Positions 50,918 through 61,864 of a stretch of DNA of 64,000 bases are shown here, piece by piece. The stretch is from Aplysia californica. Lineage: Eukaryota. Made by a program: the position numbers and the translations under genes. Under the pieces are notes generated by a model. That model was given only the letters and a program-made list of their open reading frames with translations, was not told the DNA's origin and did not search any database. The stretch covers positions 1,025,013 to 1,089,012 of the forward strand of contig NW_004797490.1 of the NCBI RefSeq assembly GCF_000002075.1. The letters run 5' to 3'. Positions within the stretch are counted from its first letter, which is position 1. Each line of letters opens with the position of its first letter.

Positions 50918-51617
50918 CACTTTCCCTACCACAAGCCGCATTTTGCGGCTCACGGATGCGGCTTGCGGACACGGCCTCGCTGGACCGAGAGCCGCAAAAT
51001 ACGGCTCGAGTGGCTCGCTATCTATTCCAATCCAGTAATGAAAAGATACAAAATTCTCGGCCGATCCACGTTTTCAAAATAATAGAATAGACTTCCTGTT
51101 AGCAGATACGAAAGACAATATTACACTGACAGACGATTTTTAGTGATTTCAGCGCTTTTTTTGTCCCCTTCGAAGCGTAAATATCAGGAAAAAAAGCACT
51201 CCCTTGACTTCAGTATATTTCTCATACTTTCACTTCTATATTAGGTACACATACATAACTTTCAGCATTTCTTCGCATTACTAGAGGCAACCTACCTGGG
51301 AAGTTTGAGTGATGCTGTTGTTGTACGTTTTTAGTTATGACCTTTCAAAGCTGGAAAATTGTTGATTTCATATGACACCTTCGATATTGCATTATAATCA
51401 CTTTTAGAAACCCCAAAGTAATACAATTGGAATAAATCTTCAATATTGTATCGCCATCTAATAGATTATTTTTTAACCTTCAGTTTGATGGACCATAAGA
51501 TATGGTTGGTGTGTGTTTAGTTGGATGTTTTCACATTTTCCTTTGGCGGGGTAGGGACGTAAAAATAGGTAAGAAAAAAGCCCTGGGCCAGTGGTGGATT
51601 TTGGCCTGGTAGGAAAA
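50918..51617 (-). mobile_element. piggyBac-like MITE, copy 2 (inverse of 8626-9302)
   Basis: Long reverse-complement identity; TTAA at 50914-50917; other end eroded. Confidence 0.85.
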
Positions 51618-51955
51618 ACATTCCTCCTGCCCAACTTTTTTACTCAGAGCCCTACTTTGCCTTCAACCCACTTTTTTTAAAAAGGCAACTGCATGAATAC
51701 CCATAACCTTTATCTAATCTAGCATGAATACTGAGCTCTGTGAAGATGCCATACCAACATGGCTGTCGCGAACATATTGGGAAATCCTGTATGACTTCTA
51801 TTGAATTGATACAGCCAACCAAGAGTTGCTTTATTACAAAGAAAGTTTTGTTAAAACAATTTTATGAACAGTTCAAGATATTAAGGAAAAAGAGGTGCAA
51901 ATTAGCAATAAAAGAAAATGTTCTTAGATTAGTAAATAAAACATTTTCAGCTTAC

Positions 51956-52171
51956 CTTCAGGGAATATATGACACCAATTCCCTAAGTCAAGTTGGTCAA
52001 CCATGTAATCCATGCCTTTCTGATAGACACCGTCTCCCCTAACAATAGGGAAAACTTTTCCAAGAGAAAAGAAGGTGGAGAGCAGGTTGCTCCCTTTGAA
52101 ACAAACATCTTCAGCTGCTGATGAATACCTCATCCTCTTAGTATTTGCTATTTGCCTGGCTTTAAGTGCGC
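51956..52171 (-). CDS. TAFAZZIN: Tafazzin coding exon 3 (GALKARQ...AAEDVCF...GKVFPIVRGDGVYQKGMD...WCHIFPE)
   Basis: 216 nt, AG/GT boundaries; acyltransferase FPEG motif. Confidence 0.96.
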
Positions 52172-53410
52172 CTGTGTAGAGGACAATGAAAAGTGTGAAG
52201 GGGAAAGTCACATATACAGCTGCCTATAACAGAAAAAAAAAAGGCTTAAAAGGATACTCAAGCTGGTACGGTTGTCTCTCATAACTTCAAACCCATTTAC
52301 AAAAACTGAATTTGGAATTCAATCCCAAATGAAGGAGACACTAATTTTATCTGCAAGATTTTTTGCTTCACAGTGATGAGTGAAAGAGTCTTTATAAATG
52401 GTGTTTTTCAGCTGAATAAACTTTCAAAACTAAATAATTGTAGTCTATATTTAAATGCTGTTTGAAAGCGCACTCTGCTCAAAAGGAAACTTTCCCTCGA
52501 CAACAGATTTGTGCCTTTGCAATTTATATTACAAATATTGGTCTGCCTGGTCTAAATGCATACTTTATTCCTAAAACCAGCAAAAACTGCCATAGAAAGG
52601 AGCAAAATAATTTAACAAAGGCGAAACCTACTAAAAACAGTTGAATGTTTGGTTTCACAGGCCTCCTAAGAAGACATTTTCTATTACTCCTTACTCGCAA
52701 ACCCAAGCATAAGCACCCCTGAAATGCCAACTTATTAATATTTTTTCTATGCTTTCTGTTTGAGAAATAGTTCAGGCGGAGGTGACGGCCTTTTTGTTTC
52801 TCCACCCACTGGATTCACAACCCCACATTTGGGACTTTTCAGGGGTTACAGTTTGCTTTTATAGCTTATATCCATAACAATATTATTTGGTGCACTACCC
52901 TTGAAAGGCATAATGTATAAGCCCCCTGAGAAAGAAATGTTATCTAAAGTTTTGATATTGCTTCAAGGAACATTGATAAAATCTGGACAACCGCCCCACC
53001 TCCGCCCAGACTATTTCTCAAGCAGAAAGCATAGGATAAATAATAAGCTGGCATTTGAAAAAGAACACAGCCATGCATTCTATGCTTGGACTACTTTAAA
53101 TTCAGAAAGCATTAAAACCAGTCAAACCTGCCAAGACAGAAAGATATATTTTCTTCCTTGTTATGTTTTAAAAAAAAATCAAATTTATGAAAAAACAAAC
53201 ACATTACATTTTTCACTACATAAACTTAGAAAAAAAAAATCTCAGCTGTTCACATTATATTTTCCAGTCTAGTTTCATGATTTCCACAATTAAATTTCCC
53301 CTCATATTTTATCATGTACATATTTATGACAAATTAACATAAAAATTCTCTCAAAAAAAGAGAAATGTGGTAAACAAAACAAAAAACACTTTAAAAAAAA
53401 AAAGACATAC

Positions 53411-53539
53411 CCCACATGAGTGGATCATCAATGCAACTGCTATGATTGGAGACAGTCAAAAGTCCCCGGTTGTCTGGTGTTTTATCAAACATATCATGTA
53501 GAATTTCTCTGTTGTGAAATCTTGCTTTATTTAGCCATT
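53411..53539 (-). CDS. TAFAZZIN: Tafazzin coding exon 2 (EWLNKARFHNRE...LLTVSNHSSCIDDPLMW)
   Basis: 129 nt; catalytic HxxxxD motif NHSSCIDDP. Confidence 0.96.
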
Positions 53540-53975
53540 CTGTAGAATAAGGAAGAGGACAAACAAAAATTAAAGTAGCCTACACACTGAAGGACTTTAA
53601 TTATTTTGCATGCCAGCATTTCATCAGAAGAGAAGAAGTGCATGTACAATATTGCTGAACAAAAAATATAGAGTACAGAGGAATAAGATATGAAATAAAC
53701 TTGATTTAACAAAAGCTTGTAATACAAGAGAAAGCCAAAAAATAAAACACCTGACAAAAATATAAAGACAATGTATTTTGTAGTCACATTCCACTACAAC
53801 AAATAATCGTTTGTGATGTAGTGGTCTGCACATTATTTCAGTTGATGTAGGAATAAGTCATTCGTTGAGTCAAAACATGTAAAAAATTCTTATTACAGTC
53901 AGTGCAAGGAAAAGATCAGGTTCTGCACTTATGGTCTTGACTTGACTTTCCACTTCCGCTGGCTGCAATTTTCTA

Positions 53976-54757
53976 CGGTGGAATCCTGTTATAACGAGAG
54001 AGAGGGGACCGGTGCGAAACATCCGTTATAGCAGGATTCTCGTTATAAGGGATCCAGTAATAAATTAGAGGGAAATAGTGCAGTAGGCCAAATCTATGAG
54101 TTTGGCTGTCTGTTCGTTTCTTTTTGTAATCTCCCCTGATGATGATTTGGTTCAACATGATCTCTAGGTCTTATTTGATCAAAAATCGAATAAGGTTTCT
54201 TTCTCTAGTGCTAGCAATGTGGATAGCTCGGCGTTCGCGATCAGAAATAAAGTTCTCTAGGCTAACTTATCCGCTGTGTTGTCCCCCACCCCACCACACC
54301 CTGTGGTGCGTTCCATCTGCTTGCGCACGCCACACATTCGCTCCATCCATCACAGTCACATCGTTGTGACCTCTTCATCCCCGCATCGGAGAAGTGAGAG
54401 GCGTGGTAGGCCTAGATAATCTGGACTAGGCTGGCCTATCACGCAATGCGTTCTGTTTGTCTGTGCATACCACATCCTCCCCACTCATTCGCTCCGCCTT
54501 CATTGTTGACACACGTGGGCTCTCCCATTCGAAAGATAACCAACAACTGGCGAAGTTTTGCAAGAATAAATGGCCTATGCGCTGTGCACAGCAACAGCAA
54601 TATTCCGCTATAACCGACTCGCATGTTTGTCTGACTGCGCTATAGCAATATTTTATTTACAAAGATAAAGAAGGGGGGAAAAAAACAGGGTTTTAGAATA
54701 GTGTCTTTATAACAGACTTCTAGTTATTTCAGGACCCGTTATAAGTGGATTCCACTG
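53976..54757 (+). mobile_element. MITE family M1, copy 3
   Basis: TA TSDs; TIRs and body colinear with 14618-15432. Confidence 0.9.
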
Positions 54758-54849
54758 TACTATCTTTTCCCAGTTTCTAAATTTGATGTCGGTTGAATTC
54801 AAGTAGGCTTAGCTCCTGCATGCATCTTTGCATGATTCATAGCATGTCT

Positions 54850-55250
54850 TCTTGATTGCATCACACTTGAACTGAACTTGTAAACTGGTATCTATCATAT
54901 ACTGGGTCGTACTTCTTAATTCTCCTGCTGGCCCACACAGTTTTTCCTGTAATGTTAATGGGACTGGCCACATTTCATGTCTTAGGGCTTATTTGGGCTG
55001 TGTGTCGTGCACTGTTGCAGGATGTGTGAAACTCAAAGTTTGGTCTGCGCGATCTTTGTAGATGCTGACCCTATTTCCTCCACATCTAGTTCTCCACAGA
55101 AGAAATCTTTTAGTACTCTTGTATCTTCTATAATTATGTGAATCTGTCCTAATTGTTTCTGATTCTGTGTAGCATGAGCAGTGTAATGTTGTGGGAACTC
55201 CTGACTTTCCAGTATCTCTGTGTTGGATATTTCGCCTTGCCATGTTGCTG
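54850..55250 (-). mobile_element. Decayed LINE 3' fragment (I/Ingi-group-like)
   Basis: Remnants HILQQC and LQEKLCG resemble the C-terminal zinc-knuckle region; heavily mutated. Confidence 0.35.
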
Positions 55251-55589
55251 CAAGATTCTCTCTAATCTTTCAAAGGCTTCTCATTTAAAAGCTGTTAATT
55301 TCTTTGTTCTGGTGTGTATATAGCATTTAGGTCTCGTATGTGTACAGCAATGTGCTCAGAAGGTATGCTTGGTACTCTTTCTTCATTGTAGTCTCAATAT
55401 AGAATTTCCTGTTACTCACTTTATTTGAAAATTGCTCATGACTGGCAATTATTGAGCAGAAATATGCCAAGAGAAGAAATCTACAACTTCTAGGTCTCAT
55501 TTCCAACTGTATTTATTGGTCCCCGGCAGATAAAAGACACAGATCAAACAGTGTCTCCCACAATCAGCAGTCTCACTTTCATCAATCAT

Positions 55590-56340
55590 TGAGACCTCTC
55601 TCTCTTGCCCTTTTTAACTCCCAGTGGAGCACAGGCCATCAACAACATTTCTCCAGCAAGCCTGTCCTGTGCATCCTTTTCTTGCTGTTTTCATGATGTC
55701 CCCGCCTTTTCCATTTCCGCTTGTACCGCTCGCCTCCATGTCATCTTTGGTCTTTCTTTCTTACGTTTTCCTTGTGGATTCCACGTCAAAGCCTGTCTCA
55801 TGATGCTTGTCGGGGGTCTCCTCAGGGTGTGCCCAATCCATTTCCATTTCTTCCCCTGTATGTCTTCCTTTACTGGCTTTGGCTTGTTCTTTCCCACAGT
55901 TGAGCATTTGTGACTCGATTGTACCACTTGATCCCCACTATCCTTCTTAGACATCCATTTATGAAGCTCTGCACTTTCCTTGCTGCTGATGCTGTGAGCC
56001 TCCATGTCTCTGAACCATACAGTAGAACAGTCTTCACGTCTTTAGTTTTAGTAGAAGTTTTACAGCACTCGCAACTGCATAAGGTCATATGAGCGCCAGA
56101 AGATTAGACGAGTTACAAGACAGTAACAAACACAAAAAAGGAGGAGGGGAGATGAGGACGATAGATGTTTGATAGAAAAGAAGGAGCAAACCACACCAGA
56201 GCACCCGTCAACCACCCGCTTCTTCACGTCTGAAGATCCTCAGCTTGGTGTTCAATCCCAGTTCCTTAGACATCTATATATATTCCTGAAGATGATGAAT
56301 GCTCATAGAGACCTCATTAACCATAAATGGCCGCCCTTTG
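55590..56340 (-). mobile_element. RTE-clade LINE 3' fragment, interrupted by a family C insert
   Basis: SKELGLNTKLRIF|VKTVLLYGSETW...CLRRIVGIKW...KWKWIGHTLRR...ALTWNPQGKRKKERPKMTWRR. Confidence 0.88.
56042..56220 (-). mobile_element. Short retroposon family C (179 bp)
   Basis: 11-bp TSD TCTTCACGTCT; intact shared tail. Confidence 0.9.
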
Positions 56341-57005
56341 ACTTCCGTTGAAGGCAGTTGAACCAATGATGAAAGGTTCATTGCCATTGCAAAAATGCCA
56401 ATGCTCTGATTATATGGAAGCCTTGTGTCACCTACAGACTCCAAAGGAAAGGTGAGGTCAATATGTCATGAAGACAGTAACTTTCAGTAAGCTCAAGGAA
56501 CTGCTAGAAATGGCCATTCATCACCACTCTCCACTGGGGCTTCACTCCTTGATTAGTTCCAAATCAAAGTTAAGGATTTTATCCACCCTTTCATGACAAA
56601 GAGTAGTGTTATTATAGTATTTTCCTGACAAAACAATTAGTTGTAAAGCAGTAGTAGAGTCCAAAAGCATGTAAATATATATATATATAGTTTTTCTAGT
56701 TATCAAAAGTAATTATGCTTTCAAATATGGGACCATCATCAATTTGCATTTACATTTCTGCTCTCTGAATCCCTGCAAAACATGATCCTTTCTCCAACAT
56801 GTGAATTTCTCAAACTTTATATCTTCACAAAATAAAATTTGTAACACACATGATTCTGAACTCGGTTTACTAACGATAAAAGCACACTCAACAGATTCAT
56901 TTGTTTAGTGCTAGAATTGAAGAAGGAAAAAAAAAAACAGAGGTTGTGATCAAATTGTCTCTCAATTTCTTCACATTTCATCGAAAAAGACTCTCAACCA
57001 CTTAC

Positions 57006-57132
57006 CAAGCCAAAATTTGCAAGTGAATCCAACGGTAGTAACAGCAAATCGAGTCGACAGTTTCCACAACCAAGGAACTCTGTAGCCTTTTTTCATAGGT
57101 GGCATTTGCCACGAGCCTTCTTTAAGCGGCAT
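57006..57132 (-). CDS. TAFAZZIN: Tafazzin coding exon 1 (MPLKEGSWQMPPMKKGYRVPWLWKLSTRFAVTTVGFTCKFWL); whole exon 57006-57174
   Basis: AAAATG start, phase-1 donor G|GTAAG, acceptor at 57175; the eight exons sum to 807 nt (268 aa plus stop). Confidence 0.93.
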
Positions 57133-57496
57133 TTTACTTCCTCACAACCCCAGATGGTACCAAGCATTCATCACCTATAACAAAAAAGTACATTTTGCAA
57201 TTAAAAATTTATGATTAAATCAGATATATCTGGTAGGTGGCAGAATCAAGAGTAAAAGTTTGTCACTGATGAATTATATGAACATAGTCTGTAGAACAGT
57301 AAAGTATCACAATGAGGACACATCCCTTTTCATTACAGTGTAACCGATAAAATCTGTTCTTTGTGATCATGCTAAAAATTGCTTGCGAAATATAACACAG
57401 CCATTTACCTGACAAAAGTTTTTACAAAACCTTCATTTGCTTTTGAAAAAAATAAAATTTGAGGCAAAAATAAGCAAGACATGTCACATTCTTTTG

Positions 57497-57590
57497 TTTT
57501 TAGTAAAAGAGTTTTACGGGACTAGCAACACAATATGGTCATATAAATGCCGAAGATAGGAGGTGTTACAAGAGAGTAACAAACAAAAAA
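57497..57590 (-). mobile_element. 5'-truncated family C copy
   Basis: Degenerate shared tail plus GTGTTACAAGAGAGTAACAAAC body. Confidence 0.7.
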
Positions 57591-59160
57591 GCACACTGCT
57601 TTAATATGAAATCTGCTCAACAAGAAGAAATTCTATGAGATTTATGTTATCTGTTATCAGAGTTTTACTAGATTCATGGCTGTTACTGTCATCTTCATAG
57701 GCTGGTTCTGATTTCACAAAAACAAGTGCCGCGACTGAAGGTGTGAGTGGAACATAATTAAGACTTTAGGGTTCTTGTTGACTTTAAGCTAGGAAAAGCT
57801 GTGGTAGGCCCTTAATAGTTTGTGCCAGCAGTCAGTCACTACATTGCTGTACGTTGACATAAAGCTTTTTTTCATTTAGGCGCCAATATTTTTTGTTTGC
57901 TAAATCGAAAGCCTGAATCTGATCAATTACCCTACTAGTGTGAAAAAAAATCAAAATGAAACTGACTAGTTTTTTAATTAATTAGAATTCAAATTTTAGA
58001 AGTGCACTATTTTTAAATGGCTACGCTGACAAAAAAACTCTTTTTCTCGAAACTGCTGTGAATTAAAAAAGGCGTGCTGTCAGCTAACGGCAGTACACAA
58101 GTTTAGTCCTACACAGGATGTTCGTCTTGTCCAGAGAATTTACAAAGTATGTTCCTTTGAAAGTGGCCAACAATCCCTGGTAAAAGAAAAGGCTCCTTTT
58201 AATAAAAGAAAGAATCCCAAGAAAAAACACAACACAACAAGGGCTGCCATGACATAAAAGGGGGAAAATCCCAAACCATCCACCCCATATTGGTGGAGCT
58301 GCAGTACCAATACTGTAAAGCAGAATCAGGAAATAACTTTTTAGTAGACTAATTAAAAACATGCTTTATTTAAGACTGTGATTATAAATTTGGTGTGGGC
58401 TGAAAGCCTCCCATACCCAAAATGTTGTTCCACCCTCTTTCTTCGTTCTGTCGGTCAAAAAGGAAATAAGTTTACTAACTCACTAACAGTCAAAAGTAAT
58501 TGGACTCACATGGAATACTTTAGACAAAAACTCACACAAGTACAGTTCCTCAAAATAAGGCGCCTGTAGGATGAAAACAGCCATAGAATCATAGGATTTT
58601 TTCCCTTTAGAAATAATATTACGGGGTTGGGGGGGGGGGGGGGGATAATTGAGAAAAAAAAACCCATTGAGAGAGTCACATTTTGACATAGGCTAAAAGT
58701 GCTCCTGACAGGTTGGTGGACATACCCCCTTTCCTATCAGTTCAGCTCTTCATCTTCATTCTTCACAATACACTGTAATACATGACTGTCTCTGTTACAG
58801 ACCTGCCACTCTATGAAAACTCAAAATCAGGATCTCAGGGGGAAAAAAATCGGGATCAACAGCAAATCATCAAGGTGACTGTCAAATTGACTTTTTCAAG
58901 GGATGTCTATAAATATATATAGGCCTATATGCCCTCTGTGTGTCTTTATGGTTTGTTTGCGTGAGTGTGTGTTTTATCAATATTCTTTTTTTAAATCCTG
59001 AAGCATCACATCCAAGACTACTTCTCTCTCTCTCTCTCCCCATATCTTTTTCTCCTCCCCCCCCCCCCCCCACCCCCTCTCTCTTCCTCTCACTGCCCAC
59101 AAACAATATTGCACGCTTTCAACACAAGAGCGCCGGAGCGTTTGTTTACACTGGTATCAC

Positions 59161-59256
59161 GGTGAACGCATACCGGGTGAGAATAGCCAAAAGGCCCGCC
59201 CTCTCAACCCGGGTGAGAGACCTACAAACTGCGCTATTCTAACCCCAGGTGAGAAT
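59161..59256 (+). repeat. Palindromic CCGGGTGAGAATAGCC repeat
   Basis: Related to 5034-5120 and 61805-61962. Confidence 0.6.
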
Positions 59257-60221
59257 CAAGCGGATAGCAGAGAACAACAACTAAACGCCATCGGCCAATA
59301 TTTACAGTAACAGCCATCTTGTTTGACCTAGGAAGGGGGATGCCCGCCGCGTCATCTGATCATGATTCTAAAAATAGTGATGATTTTGCGTAGCGAATGA
59401 TTTACACTGACAGTTTCCAAGCTTCCCTCTTTGGGTCTTTCCGAGCGGTTCCCCCTAGTATAGATCTATTGCTTTTGCATATCGCAGTATCCATTTGCAA
59501 ACCTTGCAGTCTCGAATTAGATCTACTCTATTTGCAGCCAGCTCAGCGTCCTATTGAGTCCAATCCCTTGTAAGTGCTTAATCTCTTGTGCTTACAAAAC
59601 TTAAAAAGAAACGAGGCTATTTAGGCTGGATTGAACTTTGGTGGACCCACCGTATTTACATCATGTATTAAATGCGCACTAGTCATAACAACAGTGGGGG
59701 CTTTCCCCCTTGCAACAATAATACAATAACAATTTTTAAAAACACACATAAATGCAAAACGATAACATAAGAGCGGACCATTGCACAGCGAGGCTCAAAA
59801 GTAGTTCCAGCTTCGTTCAGTGTTGGGCCCACCAAAGTTCAATCTTACCAGAAACGATCCGGATCTTTCATTTGCATTGAGTCGTTGAACTTTGTTTGAA
59901 CTTGCTTTCGTACGTAGGCCTACTCTTAGTCCTCTTCTTTTTCTCAGTTTACGTAGTGTACAGCATCAGAATCAACCTGGGCAGAAGAAAGGTGCTCCAC
60001 AATCATAGACAACCGAACCGAACAGTTCTGCAAGTTGCAAAGAAAATAATCCGAGTTGGAAGGCTGCTGTCATGCGGTCATGTTGCCACTATGACTGACA
60101 AAGTGGGAATCCCTTCTCAACGATGTCAAACAAGAAGGCTGTTACTATAAATATCAGCCAATGGCATTTAGTTGTCCTTCTCTAGCAATTTTTTTTTGGG
60201 GGGGGGGGGGTAATTTTTTTT

Positions 60222-60616
60222 TTATAGTAGAGGGTTTTACGGCGCTCACAACTGCATACGGTCATATGAGCCCCAAAGGGTGGGTGTCAACAGAGAAGTC
60301 CTTACAGGGAATCAGACATACTCTTCTCACCTTTCCAGCTTCAAAAGCAAAAGCTTCGACCATCAAGGCACCCCAGAAATAGCAGGTCACAAGAGTGACA
60401 AACATACAAAAGAAGTAGAGGAAAATGACAATAGATAGTAAGGCTTAGGAAAGAAAAAGCAGCAGTTCCATGTTCCAGATCAGGCACAGTTATGAGTGTG
60501 ACATGATGCATCAGCCCATTTACAATTCTACTGTGCTTGAACGAGAAATGTCCCCCCTTTGGGAATGGCCTAAAGACACTACAGTCAGTGGCACTGCCCG
60601 GGGGGGTGTGGGGGGG
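60222..60616 (-). mobile_element. Retroposon family B copy
   Basis: Close reverse-complement match to 25033-25426 from head to tail. Confidence 0.9.
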
Positions 60617-60620
60617 TACG

Positions 60621-61450
60621 TTTTTTATGACGCTCGCAACTGCATATTAGGTCATATGAGCGTGCGGGGCACATTCAACATCTTTTCAATTGGTAGGAAA
60701 TTTTGAATTTTGCCCGGGTGGCATTAACGGGGCAACTTGCATACAGGACCTCAAAGATTTTTCGCCTTTGTCCGAGAAGGCTAGGTGTAGATCTTTCCTA
60801 CCAGAAGATCAAGGGTGTGGCTGAAAGACAGCATTAAGAAAGAGCCAAGGAGTAGCACTAGAAAGGCTGCAGAAAGAGTCAGGAGCCCAGAGGAGGGAGC
60901 AAAGGGGGTGAGGGGGTGGGAGGCAGAAAGTGGAAACGAAAGCAGACGACAGAACCTTGCAAGAGAGCACGAAAGGAGGTGATTTTAGAGAAGAAAATTT
61001 GGTACTACTTTTTATGAATGTGGGTCCCGTTTGGGAATACTAGTTTTGACCCCACCGACGATTACATCTGGTTCTAAATTATTACTTTTTGATTCGCATG
61101 CAGATATGGGGAGATGGCCTATATCAAACCTAATTGCAAAACATTAAATTGTGTCAAATTCAGGGGGGGGCATGCCCCCCCCCCCCCTGAAGCCCCCGCA
61201 GGTTTATATGCTAAGTCAGGGGGGCAAATTAAAACCCCCCTTGCCTTGTTTCAAAACAAGTGAAATTTTACTGCTCATTTTGTAGTCTAGATCTACTGAT
61301 GTAACATCACGAATATTGAAATCAGTACCGATATCCAGTACTATGTGTGGACGGAACCCACATTCTTAAGTTGTACAGAAAATTTTCGGATGCTACCCGG
61401 ATTCGAACCCGGGACCTTTGAATGAGAAGGGAACCCCTTAACATGCCGTA
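60621..61450 (-). mobile_element. SINE family A copy split by a MITE (60621-61000 and 61377-61450)
   Basis: Tail and body at 60621-61000; tRNA head (GGATTCGAACCCGGGACC) at 61385-61450. Confidence 0.88.
61001..61376 (+). mobile_element. MITE with GGTAC ends (Merlin- or MULE-like), copy 2
   Basis: 9-bp TSD AGAAAATTT; TIR GTAC.ACTT..GAATGTGGGT.CCGT. Confidence 0.82.
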
Positions 61451-61824
61451 CGCATAGCCACTTTGTTGGTGATCTTGTAGTTCCGTTCGTAAAAGTCCAT
61501 GATCCATTTGTTTACATCCAGAGAAGAAATTCAGAAGTCTTGATGACCAAATAAATATAGGCAACACAAAGAACAGGGATGCAACTAACTGCAAAACATC
61601 AAATTGTCGTAAAATTCCCCCTGAACCCCCCCTCCCCCACTTCCATATATTTTTATTTTAGGTCAGGGGGGCAAACCCTGAAACCCCCTTACTACTCTTA
61701 CTTAACGAACCAAACTACAAAATCGCCACTTCGTTTTTTTCTTTGTTTTTGTCTATCTGATCATCCAGACCGAAAGACAGTATTCCGTAATTAGGAAAAA
61801 CAGGTCTTGTTTCACTCCGGGTGA

Positions 61825-61864
61825 ATGCAGTTGCGAGCGCCGTAAAACTCTTACAAAAGAAAAA
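61825..61864 (+). mobile_element. Tail-only retroposon insertion (40 bp)
   Basis: ATGCAGTTGCGAGCGCCGTAAAAC plus A-rich tail; 8-bp TSD CCGGGTGA, inside the GAGAATAG repeat at 61805-61962. Confidence 0.8.

Noticed and set aside
51924-52211. 95-aa ORF as a standalone gene
   Set aside because: It is tafazzin exon 3 read through into flanking intron sequence.
59990-60140. IIRVGRLLSCGHVATM as an RTE remnant
   Set aside because: Resembles RLRWAGHVARM but is too short and degenerate to delimit.
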